From NCBI RefSeq assembly GCF_009914755.1, contig NC_060944.1: a stretch of DNA of 64,000 nucleotides; one strand, written 5' to 3'. Below the pieces are notes generated by a model. That model had not been told where the DNA came from. It saw only the letters and a program-made list of their open reading frames with translations, and searched no databases. A program made the translations under genes and the position numbers. Every line of letters starts with the position of its first letter. Within the stretch, counting starts at the first letter, position 1. This DNA is from the human T2T-CHM13v2.0 reference genome, Homo sapiens. This document shows positions 1-21,179 of this stretch, in pieces.

Positions 1-2999
<2,999 letters not shown>

Positions 3000-3009
3000 T
3001 TTTTTTAAA

Positions 3010-5240
3010 AGGAATTTGGTTACTTCTATGGCATACAACAATTTTACATAACAATTATAACTATTAATAACATACACTAAGTCATATCAGAATTATAGGA
3101 GTTTCCCATAATTTTGGAACACATACCAATAATATATTTATACAAATATAGCCCAAAGAAAGCCAAACAGCACTTCATATTTGAGAATAGTTTTTGTATG
3201 ACTTTTATACCAAATAAGTCAAATTTCACCTTTAGATTAGTGTACTCTTATGTTAAATCCAATTCTTAATAAAACCTTATAGATAAATCTACCTAATTTT
3301 AATATTTGATGATAAAGTAAGATTCTCATAAACCTTTTATAATCCATTACAAATTTTTGTGAAAGAACAGATAAGTGCTCTAAGAAAAACCTGTTGTGTT
3401 CAATTTATGGAAAAACTAAATAATAACCCTTTTACTTTGGCCAATATGTTCATACAGAGAATTTTTTACAAGATTAATTTTTCACAAGCTTTCCACAACT
3501 TGTTCAAACTTTCAGCTTTATACTACCTAACTTAAAACAATCCTTTAGCCATCTAAACTAGGCCCAAGAAAACCCACAGTCCATTGCCTTCTTATAATCT
3601 CTTACCAAAAACACATTTCACTTTGCATGTAAAACTGTTTCTTTAGTAACCTACTAAAAGTCATTACAATTTTTATTTGTCTGACAAAATATTTGATTAA
3701 AGCACTTATTATTTTTAAGCCAATTAATCAGAGCTCTTTCATATATAAACATCACACACAGCACATATAAATACACAGACAGACAGAAGATCCAGTAGTT
3801 GTAGGGTTTTTCATTTTCCAGTTTCTTATTTAGATTACTGGTTTCAGGGTGGAGCCCTTGGAGGAACAGGGCCAGGAAAGCATGCAGTTTCTACAGCCTA
3901 ATAATTAGGCACAACTGGAAGGCAAAAAAATCCCCAAAATTAAAGGTCCTATTTTTCATATTGGATCCTAGATCCCCAAAAGAGAAACACTACAGAACAA
4001 CGTGCAAAGATTTTACCATGCATTTCATTGCAAAGCAATCCAAAGACAATCAGCACATTCTATGATTAGCCCATCCCCCTGTGAGTCTTATCTCTCACTG
4101 TGGGGGTGGGGAGATTTTCATACCTTCTAGGTAGCCAAGAGCATGCTCCTCTGATCCAAACGTACAAAGAGCTGAGTATCTCCCCATAACTGCAATTAGC
4201 CACCCCTAAAAGTATATTTCCTACCTAGTCATTACACACCAAAGCTCTCTCACAATGTGAAGTAATATCTGGTACCCCCAGAAGTCAAAAATGTTGGCTA
4301 ACACAATGCAAAACAGAACAGAGCTTTAGATTTTGAGAGAGATCTATCCACTTTCAGTTCCTGGGGTTTCATGAGGAAAACAGAGGTTTTTCCCAAAACA
4401 GGGTCTGTGGCACCTCCTATTTTTCTCAAGGAGTTCCAGGCTGTTAGAGCTTTAATATGTGGTTTTAATTAAGCTGACTTTTAACCACAGTGCTCTCTTT
4501 AAAAATCCTTTTAAACCTCTTATTACCCAACATTAGTCATGCCAAATCACCAGTATTTCTGGCTTTTGAACTTTACCAAACATAACCTCCCAGGTGCTCA
4601 GAGAAAGGAAAATTCAAGATGGTTCATGGAGGGGAGGAGAATCAACAAATGGTAAAGGTCATGTAGATATCAAACAAGGAGTGACTCATTCCCTAAGCCA
4701 GGAATTGAACCCTGAACCCAGGCTGCCATTGGAAACACACAAAGCCTTAGCCACAAAGATTCAGCATTGGGCAGTTTCCACTGCTATTCCCAGAAGGGGC
4801 CTAGAGTAGCCAGTTTTGAGCTTGCAATGACTTTTAACTGCTTAGGATAATTTTTAGAGCCAACTATGACATGAATTCCAAAATTCCTGTTCTCTGGATG
4901 GTGGAGACCAAGAGAAAATACTGCCACGTGGTTACAAGGTCAAGCTCCCAAGGACATGAAACAAGATGAGAGGGAAACTTCATCCAGTATTTTTTTTTTC
5001 AGAGACCTGCATCAAGGTTTGTAACTGACCAGTTTGCTGGGCTGGCTTGTACAGCAGTCTTATGGGGTCCTAAGCCTGTGTTCAATCCTAAGTCACTCCT
5101 CTTTATGACAGGACAATACAGAAAGACAAATTTATAGCACAAAGTACACCAGATTTGCCACTCCACTTAGCACCCAATATCAAACTGGCAAGGCTCAAAC
5201 TTGCCCCCAGATGGGCCCTGTCAGGTTTAATCCACTGCAC
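3010..5240. mobile_element. ERV1 (MER4-group-like) internal sequence
   Basis: AT-rich non-coding sequence resembling recalled MER4-group internal consensus; subfamily not determinable by eye. Confidence 0.5.
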
Positions 5241-6092
5241 TCCAGTGGTGCTCATATGTGTAGGAAAAGAGCCATGGATCTCTTGGCCACACTTGTCTGT
5301 AATAGAGCTTCTGCAACATGGAGCTGGGGAGAGATGTGAGATGCCATCTACTATGGTGAATCCATAGCCCAAAGTCAGGAGCTCAGGTAGGGAGGGAGTC
5401 CATCTCGTTGACCACATCCACCTGGAGTCAAACTTCAAGGAGGGAAAGGAAGGAGATCATGGATCAGTGCCACATACCCCACCATTCTTACCAATATTTA
5501 GTAATAGTCTTGAATAAATGCTTTTCCATTTGCAGTATGCCCTTAGGAGAATTTCCAGAGATTTTATGTGGCTGTTTCTTTTCAATAATTTTCACCAATG
5601 ATGGTTGTTTTGCTTGGGAGAGGGTCTACAGAGCCCTTCATGCCACCATTCCAGAAGTGCACCTCCAGGGGGCAATGAGTTGGGGCTGGTATAGCACTGT
5701 TTTGGCAATGGCTGACTAGTACAACAAGCCTACTTCCTTCTCCTAAACTACCATCTAGCATTCACTGTTTACTCTTTGCTACTCATGGGGTAGATATTGT
5801 TTTTAATCCCCATTTTGCACATGATAAAAGTAAAGCTCAGAGAAATTGAGCTTCATCTCACCATCAAAGAGCTGCTAAAGCACAGTGGTAGAACATGAAG
5901 CAGAGCACATTTAAGTACATATCCTACTGAAAGAGCCGTGTTATTCACATGTTAGTGTGTGTGTGTGTGTGTGTGTACATGCTGATATTTATTACATATG
6001 AGGAGAGTCACCTTCTTCCTGAATTTGAAGTATTTTTTAAAACATATTATTTGGGGTCATAATGGAGTATGAGTAAATAGTTAAGATATATT

Positions 6093-6401
6093 GGCCGGGC
6101 ATGGCAGCTCACACCTATAATCACTTTGGGAGACTGAGGCAGGAGGATTGCTTGAGTCCAGGAGTTCAAGACCAGCCTGGGCAACATAGCAAGACCCCTA
6201 TCTACAAAAAATGAAAAAAATTAGCCAGGCATAGTGGCATGTGCCTGTGGTCCTATCTATTAATACTTGGGAGGCTGAGGTGAGAGGATTCCTTGAGCCC
6301 AGGAGTTCAAGGTTGCAGTGAGCTGTGATTCCACCACTATACTCCAGCCTGGGTGACAGAGAAAACCCTATCTCAAAACAAACAAAACAAACAAACAAAA
6401 A
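6093..6401 (+). mobile_element. AluJ-type element
   Basis: GGCCGGGCATGG start, AluJ-type GGATTGCTTGAG, (CAAA)n tail. Confidence 0.85.
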
Positions 6402-9400
6402 GATCTATCAATTATAATAATAACTTTTCTGCATTTAATTCATAAACAAGAGGCTTCCAAACTTACCTAATAAAATGCACTTATGTCAGGGTCTCTCCCT
6501 CTTGACAGATTTGGAGGGAAAATGGGGGCTGCGGGATGTTCTCCTGTCTGAGCCTCCTCTTCATGATGGGAATGCAGTGCTCAGCAAAGCACATCCTGGC
6601 CGATGGGAGAAGGGAGGGAGTAGGATAGAATAGCTCTGAGCTCCCTTTCTGCTCCAAAACTTTAAGATTCCATGAGCTAGGATGTCAGTGACTCTTTGCC
6701 CTATGGCCTTCGGACCCTAGTTTTCCAGCACCAACTTCAATCAGCTCCAACCACCAGCATCTCATCTCTGTGCCAGAACCTGCAAATGCAGCAGGTTAGA
6801 CATGCAGAGGGATTCACACTCAACAATGACTGACAGGACCCCGTGTATAAATACCCCAGCTCCCTCCTGCCTCAGGCTCCACATCCAAACCAAGGCAGTG
6901 TGAATCCAGAAGTGTTTATGTGAAGCAGAGGAAATGTGACTGAGCAGAAAGCAGGAGCAGAGTTGTGTGAAGCCAGGAAGAGGAGGGCACAGCCAAGGGC
7001 AGCCCCTGTCTGGGCAAACTGTGGGGTCAGCAGTGCAGGAAGAGCAGGGGACTCCAGTCGGAGGCTCAAGGGTCAGCTCTTATTACATGACATTCCGAAA
7101 TACAGATCATCCCTTTTTGTTCATGATCTAAGGTGTGGCAAAGCTCAAAATTGGGGGCACATCATGACCTTTCAAAAGTTACAAGGAACTTTGACACAAA
7201 ATGGGACCTCGGAGCTGTAGTAACCTCAAGCCAACCCAGCCCTGGCTCTCCAGAGGGAGAGGGCCAGGCCCAGGTCAGCACCAGCCACATCTCACACCCA
7301 TCCTCAGCAGAAGTCACCCCTGTGGGAATGCCAGGGTCCAGGGTACACCATGCCCAAGCAGACATGACAGAGGAACTCCAGGCTTAGCAGCTCCGCATTG
7401 ACATTTCTGCCTACCCACTGTTAACCCTCTTTCAAAGCCAACCTCCTCCAGGCCCAGCCACAGCACTCTCCCTCCTATGCGGTCACTAGGAGTACTTGCC
7501 TGGAACCAGGCCCACTGGGTTAGGATCCTGGCTTGTGAGTATGACTTTCAGCAAGTCTTTTTTTTTTTTTTTTTTTTTTTTTTTGAGACAGGGTCTCACT
7601 TTGTCACCCAGGCTAAAGTATAGTTGTGCGATCTCGGCTCACTGCAGCCTCGACTTCCAAGGCTTAAGCAATCCTCCCACCTCAGCCTCCCAAGTAGCAG
7701 GGACCTCAGCCTCCCACGTAGCACCACCACACCTAGCTAATTTTTTATATTTTTGGTAGAGAAAGGGTTTCACCGTGTTGTCCAGACTGGTATCAAACTC
7801 CTGAGCTCAGGCGATCTGCTTGCCTCGGCCTCCCAAAGTGCTGGAATTACAGGCATGAGACACCGTGTCCAGCCCTGGCAAGTCTTTTGTGCCTCAGTCT
7901 TCTCATCTGTAAAATGAAGATAATAATAATTATCTCAGGAATTGATTTAAATAGTGCAGTTACCAAAGTCAAGAAACCTGGCAGACACTGTCTTAACTAA
8001 GTGATCAAAGTTAACATCACCAACAAGGAGACATATTGACATCACAGGCCTCCTGACAAGATGCATTACTTCTGTGGCATTACCACCGAAAATGTATAAT
8101 CTGAATTTAATCATGAATAAACATCAAACAGACTCAAACTGAGAGGACTTCTACAAAGTAACTGGCTCGTACTCTTCAAAAATGGCAAGGCTGTGACATA
8201 TACAGAAAACCCGAGGAACTCTTCCACGTTGTAGACAACTAAATGCAGTGTGGGATCCAGAAGGCAGTCCTGGGGCAGAAAGGATGGGGGAAAAGGAAAG
8301 AAATTTTTGGTTCTGTTTTGTTTTTGCTCTGAAAGACAGGACTGGTACAGTCAGTGAAACTTTGGATGCATCGATTGGATGGCTGTGTTGTGTCAGTGCT
8401 AAATTTCTGGTTTTGATGAGGGGACTGTGGCTGTGTAGGGGAGTGTAGGAGCCTAGGAAGAAGACGGACTCTCCAGAGGGAGAGGGCCAGGCCCAGTTAA
8501 TAACTGTAGTTATTAAACTCTGGAGCAATTGCTGTCTGCCCCACACAGTCTATGATTATAGATAGTCTTGTTGCTTAACTGCTCAGCAGACAGATGCTTG
8601 ATTCCTGGGGCCATTGCATATTTGTAACACCTAGGAGGTCTAAAATATTGGCAGGCAAGTTTGTTTATCCAACACTGAATGAGATCTGGATTTGCCAGTC
8701 ACTGTGCCAAGCACAGGGAAGCAAAGGGACCTGAGGCCCAGACCCAGGCCTTTGTAGAATGTGCCCATTCCAGCAGGAGTGGCTGGAGGGCTCCCCACAG
8801 ATAAGGACAGGATGGGGTGCTCTGTGCCAACTGGTGAAATGAGAACAACCGCAGGAATGCAGAGGAGGAAAAGGAATGTGTGTGGAAAAAAGACAAATGA
8901 CACGGAGAAGTAGTAAGAGCAGAAAGACCCTGTTTAACGTGACCTTCAATGCATTTTCTTTGAGATGAGTGTGGGCTTGCCTGAAAAGGTGAGAAGACAA
9001 GATATGTTCAAGGCATTCAGCCATGATGGCACCATTACACTCCAACCTGGGCAACAGAGCAAGACCCGATCTCTGAGGGAAAAGAAAAAAAAAGAAAAAA
9101 GAAAAAATATATATATATATATAAAATAATGACTTTTCTGTATTTAATTCATAAGTGAGAGGCTTCCAAACTTACCTTAAAAATGCACTATGTCAAGGCA
9201 CAGTCTCTCACTTTTGACAGAACTTGTGAGGAAAATGCGAGCTGCAAAATGTTTTCCTGTCTGAGCCTCCTCTTCACGATGGGAATGCAGTGCTCAGGGA
9301 AACACATCCCAGCTCCATGAGAGAAGGGAGGGAGTAGACTAGTATGCTCTGAGCTCCCTTTCTGCTCCAAAACTCTAAGATTCCATGAGTTAGGGTGTCA

Positions 9401-9605
9401 GTGACCCTCCCCCAGTGGCCCTCAGACCCTAGCTTTCCAGCACCAACTCCAGTCAGCTCCAACTGCCTGTATCTCATCTCTGGGCCCGAAGGCTCTTTCA
9501 AGAACTTGAGTGTGCAGCAGGTCAGATATGCAGAGGGAATAACACTCAACAATAACTGACAGGACCCAGTGTATAAACACTCCAGCACCCTCCTGCCTCA
9601 GGCTC
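6305..9605 (+). repeat. Diverged local direct duplication of ~580 bp (copies ~6305-6879 and ~9006-9605)
   Basis: Colinear shared blocks in both copies, e.g. GAGGCTTCCAAACTTACCT, CCTGTCTGAGCCTCCTCTTCA, GCTCTGAGCTCCCTTTCTGCTCCAAAACT, CCTCCTGCCTCAGGCTC. Confidence 0.9.
7558..7873 (-). mobile_element. Alu (J/S type)
   Basis: Poly-T then reverse Alu body; GCAAGTCTTT repeated at both flanks. Confidence 0.9.
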
Positions 9606-11431
9606 AAAGCATTATGACTTATGACTCAAGGCATTGAGTCATCATTTGTAATAGAAAAACTTGGAAATATATGGCAAGATATGTAATAGCCACACAACAC
9701 CTCTCTCTTCCTTTGGAGTGCAGTGGTGCAATCACAGCTCATTGCAGCTTCTCCAGCCTCAGCCTCTCCAGTAGCTAGAGGTCTTGCTATGTTGCCCAGC
9801 CGGTCTTGAAATCCTAGGCTCATGTGAACCTCCTCCTTGACCTCCCAAACTTCTGGGATTACAGGCGTGAGCCATGGTGCCAGGCCAAAAAAAAAATGTG
9901 TAGACAGCCCCAGCCTCCTCCTTGTGATACTATACTGCCGCCTAATGTCCTCTCAACAAATGACACCAAATACATTCTCCACGTGGATTCAGAAATTGTA
10001 TAAACAAGGTTGAAGTTGAAACATTTTATTGTGATAGGAAAACATTTTGGAAACCAGTCTGCACATATGCACGTATGCTTGTGCATTTATGAAGTATATC
10101 TGGAGAACACAAATAAGCTGTTAACAGCAGATGCCTCCAGGAAAGGGAACTGGCAGGCTGAGAAATCTACCAAAATCATGGTGATGACGATGGTGATGAC
10201 GTTATTTTGTATCTTTTAAATTTTGAGGCATACAATGTCCTGCTAATTGAAAAAAATTTTTAACTTAAAAAAACATTTATTAAATGTTGCCGCTATGATG
10301 ACTAAGGGGCCATCTTTTCTTCATTCATTGATTAGTGTTCTTAACAAATACTTACTGAATGCTTCCTGTGAGGGGGGCACTGTTTGGAGGAAAAACAGTG
10401 AGGAAGACACGCTCCCACCCTCCTGGAGCAGAGATGCTCAGAGGACTGCCCGGGACACCGCATGGTGAAGGTGGCCGAGCCCACGGCCTGGGTCTTAGGC
10501 TGGCCGGCCACGTGGAGCGGCACCCACCCAGCCCTGCTGCCGTGAGTCAGTGCCGTGGGGAGCAATCGCATGCATGGGCTTCAGACCTGCATTGGGCCTC
10601 TTTATTTGGGCACTTCAGCCTTATCCTAATTAATATGACACTTCACAAGCAGCATATAAGGGACATTTTATTCACCCAGCAGGTGCAGCACACACATTCT
10701 TCTCCAGTGCCATGGAAAACTTGCAAAAAGTTACAAAGAGGGATACAAAGCTCATGTCAACAACCTCCACAGAGTGGATATCAGAGATGACACTCCCTGG
10801 CCCACAGCTCAATCAAGTGAGAATTCACTGATTAAAAGGTAAATTTAGAAATTAATTCAAAAATTTAAAAATGTTTCTTTTTTAATCTTTTTTTAAAGTT
10901 TATTAGCAATCTAAAAAAATACTGGTTATTTTTTTGACTTAAAGAAACCACTAACTTGCTAATCTCTATGACATACAAGTTCCATTTATGGTCATGAACT
11001 TCATAGTAGGCCAAATGTAGGATTTAAAATCCAAGAAACAAAAAAAAAATTATAGAATTTTAACCTCACAATTATTTGAATGTCATTTTGGAAAAGTGCT
11101 ACCTGAGACGCAGACACTGAGGACATACCTGTATGTACATGTTGGTCCTGACCTCCACCTCCCTTTGTACTCACACTAAGAAGTACCCCAGTTACTAGAG
11201 TAAACAGAATAGAAGGAAAGAAGCTGTGAATAATTACTTATGAGAAAGGGGACACGACCATGGCACAGGTGCTTCCTAACTCGTACTGTGACATACTCTC
11301 TCTTCAAAAACTGTCCTTAAATGTTTGAGGTGATGTATATCCTAGTTACCCTGATCTGATCATTACACATTGTACATATGTATCAAAATATCACATGTAC
11401 CTCAAAAATACATAAAACTATGATATAGCAA

Positions 11432-17570
<6,139 letters not shown>

Positions 17571-17760
17571 TGGAGAGAGCAAAAATATTTCTAAATAACA
17601 CATGGACAGAGAAACACTGTAATAGTGGACTTTAGAAAATGTTCCAAACTGACAATTACAAAAATACAATACAGCCAAATGTGTGGGACAGAGCTACAAG
17701 GGTGCTTATAGGAAATGCAAAGCTCTAACTGCATTTCTTATAAGATAGGCTGAAAGTTGA

Positions 17761-19522
17761 CTTCGAGTAAGACAGCAGCACATAGCTCCCACTGGGCAGC
17801 CTGGCTTGGGGCTCCCTAGTAGGGATGGTTTTTGAGGGGGACCTTGTCATAGTTCTGGGGTCATGTGGAGGACACTCTGGTGTTACTGTTTCCAGTGCAC
17901 CAAGGGTGAGTGTCTTCTGGTTACCTAGCTACCTTGGCCCAAGCATTCTGGAGCCTGGGAGACTGGGAGCCAGGAGATAGGTGGGAGGAGGGGCAGGCCC
18001 CAGGTAATAGGAGAGCAGGGCTAAGGAACAAAGATAGCCAGCCTGAGGCAGCTCCCTCAGCCTCTGTGCTGAGAAATCTCGTACTCCACTTCTCCGCCCT
18101 GAGAAACCTTGCTGTCTGGAATCCTGTCGCCTGCAGATGCTCAGCCATGCAGGCCACTCCACACAGAGAAGCAGCCTGGAGCTCTCACCTTGGCTCACAG
18201 CCTCAGATAAGGGGCTTCCAGATACAACATGGTGCATTTGTCTTGAGCTCGGGCCCCCAAGTCAGCCTCTCAGCCCAGTGTGATGTGTCACCCTGTGACC
18301 CACAGCCCTGCTTTCAGCCTGTCAGAAACGGCTTCATTTTAAACTTCACCTGAACTCCTCCCTTCTCCGCAATCCTGTCTATCCCATGCTGAAGGCAGGA
18401 GGCCTCTGATGTGGCTTCCTCGCTGCAGTTACTAACCCTCACTTTGTCGTGGACAGCTGTGCCCTGGCGCCATTCACTGAAGGGGCTTTATCAGTCTTCA
18501 GAAACACCCTTCCTGAGCGTGAGGTGCTGGGCTGTAAAATATACATACATTCTTTAAAAAGGCAAATGCTTGATGATACAGTGCTATTTGGACTTCATTT
18601 TTTTGAACCTTTGCAATGCCCTTTCTCAACAAAACAAAACAAAATTTGACTTGGATTCTTAGATAATGGAATTGGCTGCAGGAAGCATTTGTTTTATCAC
18701 CCCTTGAATGTTAACAATAACCCTGAGAGAGCTATCTGTACTGAGCATGAAGGAAATAATATATACAGTGGTCCATTTCCAAGACAAAGTGCCTTGAATT
18801 GGTTTAGGTCAGCAAACTACAGAAGAAACAGGATACACTAGGCCCCTGCTTGGATAGCCAATGCCTGCTTGTCGCCTCCCCACCCTCCCCCCTACCCCAC
18901 TGCCTTAGTTGCCCTCACCCAAACCAAAGGAGTTTAGTCTAAGATGAAAGTTTACTAGCTTGCAAAATAGCTCACTTTGTCTGTTCTTATCAGCCTGCCC
19001 AGATACTTAGGTCATAAGTCAAGTACTTGAAGAGCCCTTGAGCTAACTAGGATTGCAATGTATTATGGCTGCAACAAAATGCAGCAGAACAATCCTAAAG
19101 AAAATGCCTAAAACCCCTACCCAACAACCAATAGGCAATGTCCAGGAAGACTGTGACCCCATAGTACTCAGCCTATGAGGAACCAAGGGAGGGACCTGCA
19201 CACTAGGGGATAAATTGCTTTTGAAACTGTACTGGGTGTGCCTGCCCATCAGACACCCGATCTTGCAAGATTGTCATTAAAGTCTCGCTTCCACTGTTCT
19301 CTGGGTCTCTGAGCCCAAACTTTGGGTTTGGACCAGTGAGTTTGTTTCTCACAGCATGACCTACTCTCCACCATGATGTGCAGCATTGCAGTGAGCAGAG
19401 AACAGCCTCCCTTCCCACTCACCCACCTGCCTCTTGGTTAGACATAATTTCTCTTGTAACTTCTTTTGCTTCATTTATTTTAAATAAGAATAATAAAGTT
19501 TTAGTCTTTAATTTAAAAAAAG
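17761..19522 (+). pseudogene. Candidate processed retrocopy (3'UTR-like) or orphan L1 transduction; parent unknown
   Basis: 19-nt direct repeats at both ends (16/19 identical); AATAAA at 19492-19497; A-run at 19515-19521. Confidence 0.55.
18748..19353 (+). mobile_element. ERV1-class solo LTR (~605 bp)
   Basis: TG...CA termini; ATTAAA near the 3' end; AGCATGA spans both junctions (18744-18750, 19353-19359). Confidence 0.8.
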
Positions 19523-20220
19523 AAGATAGGCTAAAAATTAATATGTGTTCAGCTTAAACTAGAAAATTTTAAAAAACAACACACTCTAAGTACAAAGAAA
19601 GAAATAATAAAGATGAAATAAATTTAAAAATATTAAACAAAGATACAGAGGAGTTCCACAAAGCCAAAAGTTAGCTCTTGGGGAAGAGAAGTAATAAAAC
19701 TTAGGCATTTCTGGAGATGCTGACCAAGAAAAAAAGGAAAATTTACAAATTAATTATTATGAGTGAAATGGAGGCTATCGCTGCAAATGCTAAGAAGATG
19801 TGAATAATGTTATACCAGTAACACTGAAAACTTAGGTGAAATGTGATGATTCCTTTAGAAAGATGCCAAAACTGCCTGCGAAAGAAGTAGAAAGCTTGAT
19901 TAGAAATAGAATCAGCAGTTTAAAATATTTCACACAGAAAACAGAAATATTCCATCAAATATTCAAGAAATAGAAACTTCAAAACTTAAACCCATTTAGA
20001 AGATTTAAAGGCAGAAAATCTCCAACTCATTCTGTAAGGCTAATTTAATCTTGATAGTTTCTAAACAAGTACTATATTAGAAAGAACATTAGAAGCCAAT
20101 CTTTTTGTGAATGTAGGAGCAAAGAACCTAAACACAATGTTAGCAAGTCAAATCCAGCAATGTATTTTAAAAGTATGCTTATTTGGGAATGCGGGAATGA
20201 TTCAACGTTAGAACTTATCA

Positions 20221-20627
<407 letters not shown>

Positions 20628-21179
20628 CTAGAAATAGAAGAACATTTTCTTAATCTGGTAGACGACAACCTATACAATGTAAAATGCTAAAGGCCCTCAT
20701 GGAGAGAAGACAGTCCATTAACAGCTACTCTAAATGGGACAATCTGTTCACACCAGTCTCCCCCTACCAGGACAGTCGACCAATTGCCAAGAACAGTATT
20801 ACCTGTTTTACAGCTGCACTTCATGTGGTCCCAACAAGACTATCACTACAGTGCAAGATGACGTCTGTTGGATCATCCATCGGGAAGCTAAAAGAGACCA
20901 CACAATGGCCCATGTGGCAGGCAGGAATCATAAATGCCAAGTTCTCTTGGGGAAGAGTAGGGTTTCCCTCACATTTTTTCTTGTTTGTAGTAGATTTTGG
21001 AAAATGGAAGGCTAGCCATGAGCAGGGAAGATCTGACTTTTTTGGTGAGTTACAGGAAAAATATTTGGTAGAGAAAGCAGTGATTTGTGGTTATAGATTT
21101 CAGGGAACCAAAGGAAGAAATCAGAGCAGTGGCTAAGATGTTTTGTTTGATATTATTAACAAATGACCTATGAGTGATG

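Noticed and set aside
5955-5976. (TG)n tract, and short (TA)n/(GA)n tracts at ~9107, ~22040 and ~35040
   Set aside because: Ordinary short microsatellites.
17910-18353. 147-aa ORF inside the candidate retrocopy
   Set aside because: GTG start and no recognisable homology; not enough to name a parent gene.
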